This document shows, piece by piece, positions 62,197-64,000 of a stretch of DNA of 64,000 nucleotides. The stretch is from Azolla caroliniana. Taxonomy: Eukaryota > Plantae > Polypodiophyta. The stretch spans positions 15,562,001 to 15,626,000 of the forward strand of contig JBHGNT010000001.1 in assembly GCA_043228905.1 (NCBI GenBank), in the 5' to 3' direction. Under the pieces are notes generated by a model. It saw nothing but the letters and a program-made list of their open reading frames with translations. It did no database searches and was not told the DNA's origin. The position numbers and the translations under genes were made by a program. How positions within the stretch are numbered: the stretch's first letter is position 1; every line of letters begins with the position of its first letter.

Positions 62197-63660
62197 GTAG
62201 CTAATAAGCTTAGTCTTTTCTAATTAGCTATCCTACTAATTAGCTACTGGCAGCTAATTAGCTATCCTAGTAGCTAATTAGCTAGTACCATAGCTGTGTA
62301 AAAAAACTAATTAGCTATCCTACTAGCTAACTCGCTACTGGCAACTAATTAGCTATCCTAGTAACTAATTAGCTACTGCCATAGTTGTGTAAAGTAGCTA
62401 ATAAGCTATCCTAGTAGCTAATTAGCTACTAGCAGTTAATTAGCTATCCTAGTAGCTAATTAGCTATGGTACTAGCTAATTAGCTAGTACCATAGTTGTG
62501 TAAAAAAGCTAATTAGCTATCCTACTAGCTAATTAGCTACTGGCAACTATTTAGCTATCCTACTAGCTAATTAGCTATCCTAGTAGCTAATTAGCTATTG
62601 GCAACTAATTAGCTATCCTACTAGCTAATTAGCTATCCTACTAGCTAATTAGCTATCATAGTAGCTAATTAGCTACTGCCATAGTTGTGTAAAGTAGCTA
62701 ATAAGCTATCCTAGTAGCTAATTAGCTACTGGCAGCTAATTAGCTATCCTAGCTACTACATAGTTGAGAAAGTAGCTAATAAGCTATCCTAGTAGCTAAT
62801 TAGCTACTGGCAGCTAATTAGCTATCCTAGTAGCTAATAAGCTATCCTAGCTACTACATAGTTGAGAAAGTAGCTAATTAGCTTTCATTGTAGCTAATTA
62901 GCTATCCTAGTAGCTAACTAGCTATCCTAGCTACTACCATAGTTAGTAAAGTAGCTAATTAGCTATCCTAGCTACTACCATAGTTGAGTAAAGTAGCTAA
63001 TTAGCTATCCTAGCTACTACCATAGTTGAGTAAAGTAGCTAATTAGCTATCCTAGCTACTACCATAGTTGAGTAAAGTAGCTAATTAATTAGCTATCCTA
63101 GCTACTACATAGTTGAGAAAGTAGCTAATTAGCTATCCTAGCTACTACGATAGTTGACTAAAGTAGCTAATTAGCTACCATAGTAGCTAATTAGCTATCC
63201 TAGCTACTACCATAGTTGAGTAAAGTAGCTAATTAGCTACCATAGTAGCTAATTAGCTATCCTAGCTACTACCATAGTAGCTAATTAGCTATCCTAGCTA
63301 CTACCATAGTTGAGTAAAGTAGCTAATTAGCTACCATAGTAGCTAATTAGCTATCCTAGCTACTACCATAGTTGAGTAAAGTAGCTAATTAGCTATCGTA
63401 CTAGCTAATTAGCTATCCTAATTAGCTATCATACTAGCTAATGAGCTATCATACAAGCTAATTAGCTATCCTAGCTTCTACCATAGTTTAGTAAAGTAGC
63501 TAATTAGCTATCCTAAATAGCTGCCATGTTATTGTAGAATCTTGTGGATTAAGGACGGCACATGATGTGTCTGGTGCTAATGAGCTATCATACAAGCTAA
63601 TGAGCTATCATACAAGCTAATGAGCTATCATACAAGCTAATTAGCTATCCTAGCTTCTAC
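62197..63660. repeat. AGCT-rich minisatellite based on the palindrome TAGCTAATTAGCTA
   Basis: Dozens of copies with higher-order units (TCCTAGCTACTACCATAGTTGAGTAAAG); local duplication at ~63437-63757. Confidence 0.95.
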
Positions 63661-64000
63661 CATAGTTTAGTAAAGTAGCTAATTAGCTATCCTAAATAGC
63701 TGCCATGTTATTGTAGAATCTTGTGGATTAAGGACGGCACATGATGTGTCTGGTGCTGATGACGCTGCAACAGATGAGGATACTACTGCCAATGTGGCTG
63801 AAAGTAAGAGTCCTGCTATCACATCTCCTTCAGATCAGCTCCACCCTATTCTTTTGGAATAGTGTACTGAATTAGGCAACGATGTGAAATGCCATGAAAT
63901 AGTGGAAACAACATGTAAAACTGAGGTTCACAACAATAGTGTTTATGAACACTTGATGCAACATTTCTTCGAATCTCAAGACCTTGATTCCACCCCACTG

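Larger units (their letters stand above)
58912..63990 (+). pseudogene. Spliced gene or pseudogene of unknown function with a RING-H2-like exon
   Basis: GT-AG bounded exon-like blocks (~58912-59015, 59086-59168, 60863-61543, 61623 onward, ~61891-62183, ~63717 onward); 234-aa ORF 60888-61592; (Y)IAC...PCNHTYHLLC...CLGDC; exact exon model not resolved. Confidence 0.55.
58660..64000 (+). mobile_element. Left part of a probable TIR DNA transposon (Mutator-like terminus; superfamily uncertain)
   Basis: Integrase similarity stops abruptly at KGSEDIW; new sequence starts GGGTAAAAGC; subterminal TAGCTAATTAGCTA motifs recur internally; no transposase or right TIR seen. Confidence 0.5.

Overview
Eukaryotic, gene-poor and almost entirely transposable-element DNA, most consistent with a non-seed land plant such as a fern, lycophyte or bryophyte (inferred from TE family types and plant tRNA primer sites). 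No intact host gene is supported. The window is a deeply nested pile of decayed elements whose boundaries can mostly be fixed by LTR pairs and target-site duplications (TSDs). (A) An Athila-like Ty3/Gypsy element at 5026-14686 (- strand, TSD GAGAT) with a ~915-codon extra 3' ORF. (B) A fragmented Athila-like host hit by several independent insertions. (C) A foldback DNA element (17858-22069) carrying a tandem array of tRNA-like heads and perfect hairpins. (D) A chromovirus (22189-45506) containing a tRNA-Trp-primed Gypsy with 4-bp TSD (24494-42354), which itself contains two Copia elements. (E) Further Copia remnants and a second Athila-like element (48427 onward) with a nested Copia (52041-57571). 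(F) A probable DNA transposon from ~58660 carrying a spliced gene with a RING-H2-like exon and satellite-filled introns. The most unusual signal is in element A: it has no polypurine tract, and the PPT position holds a copy of a tRNA-Arg 3' end (an inverted second primer-binding site). This suggests plus-strand priming by a second tRNA, which is an untested inference. tRNA matches are from recalled sequences, not a database search.
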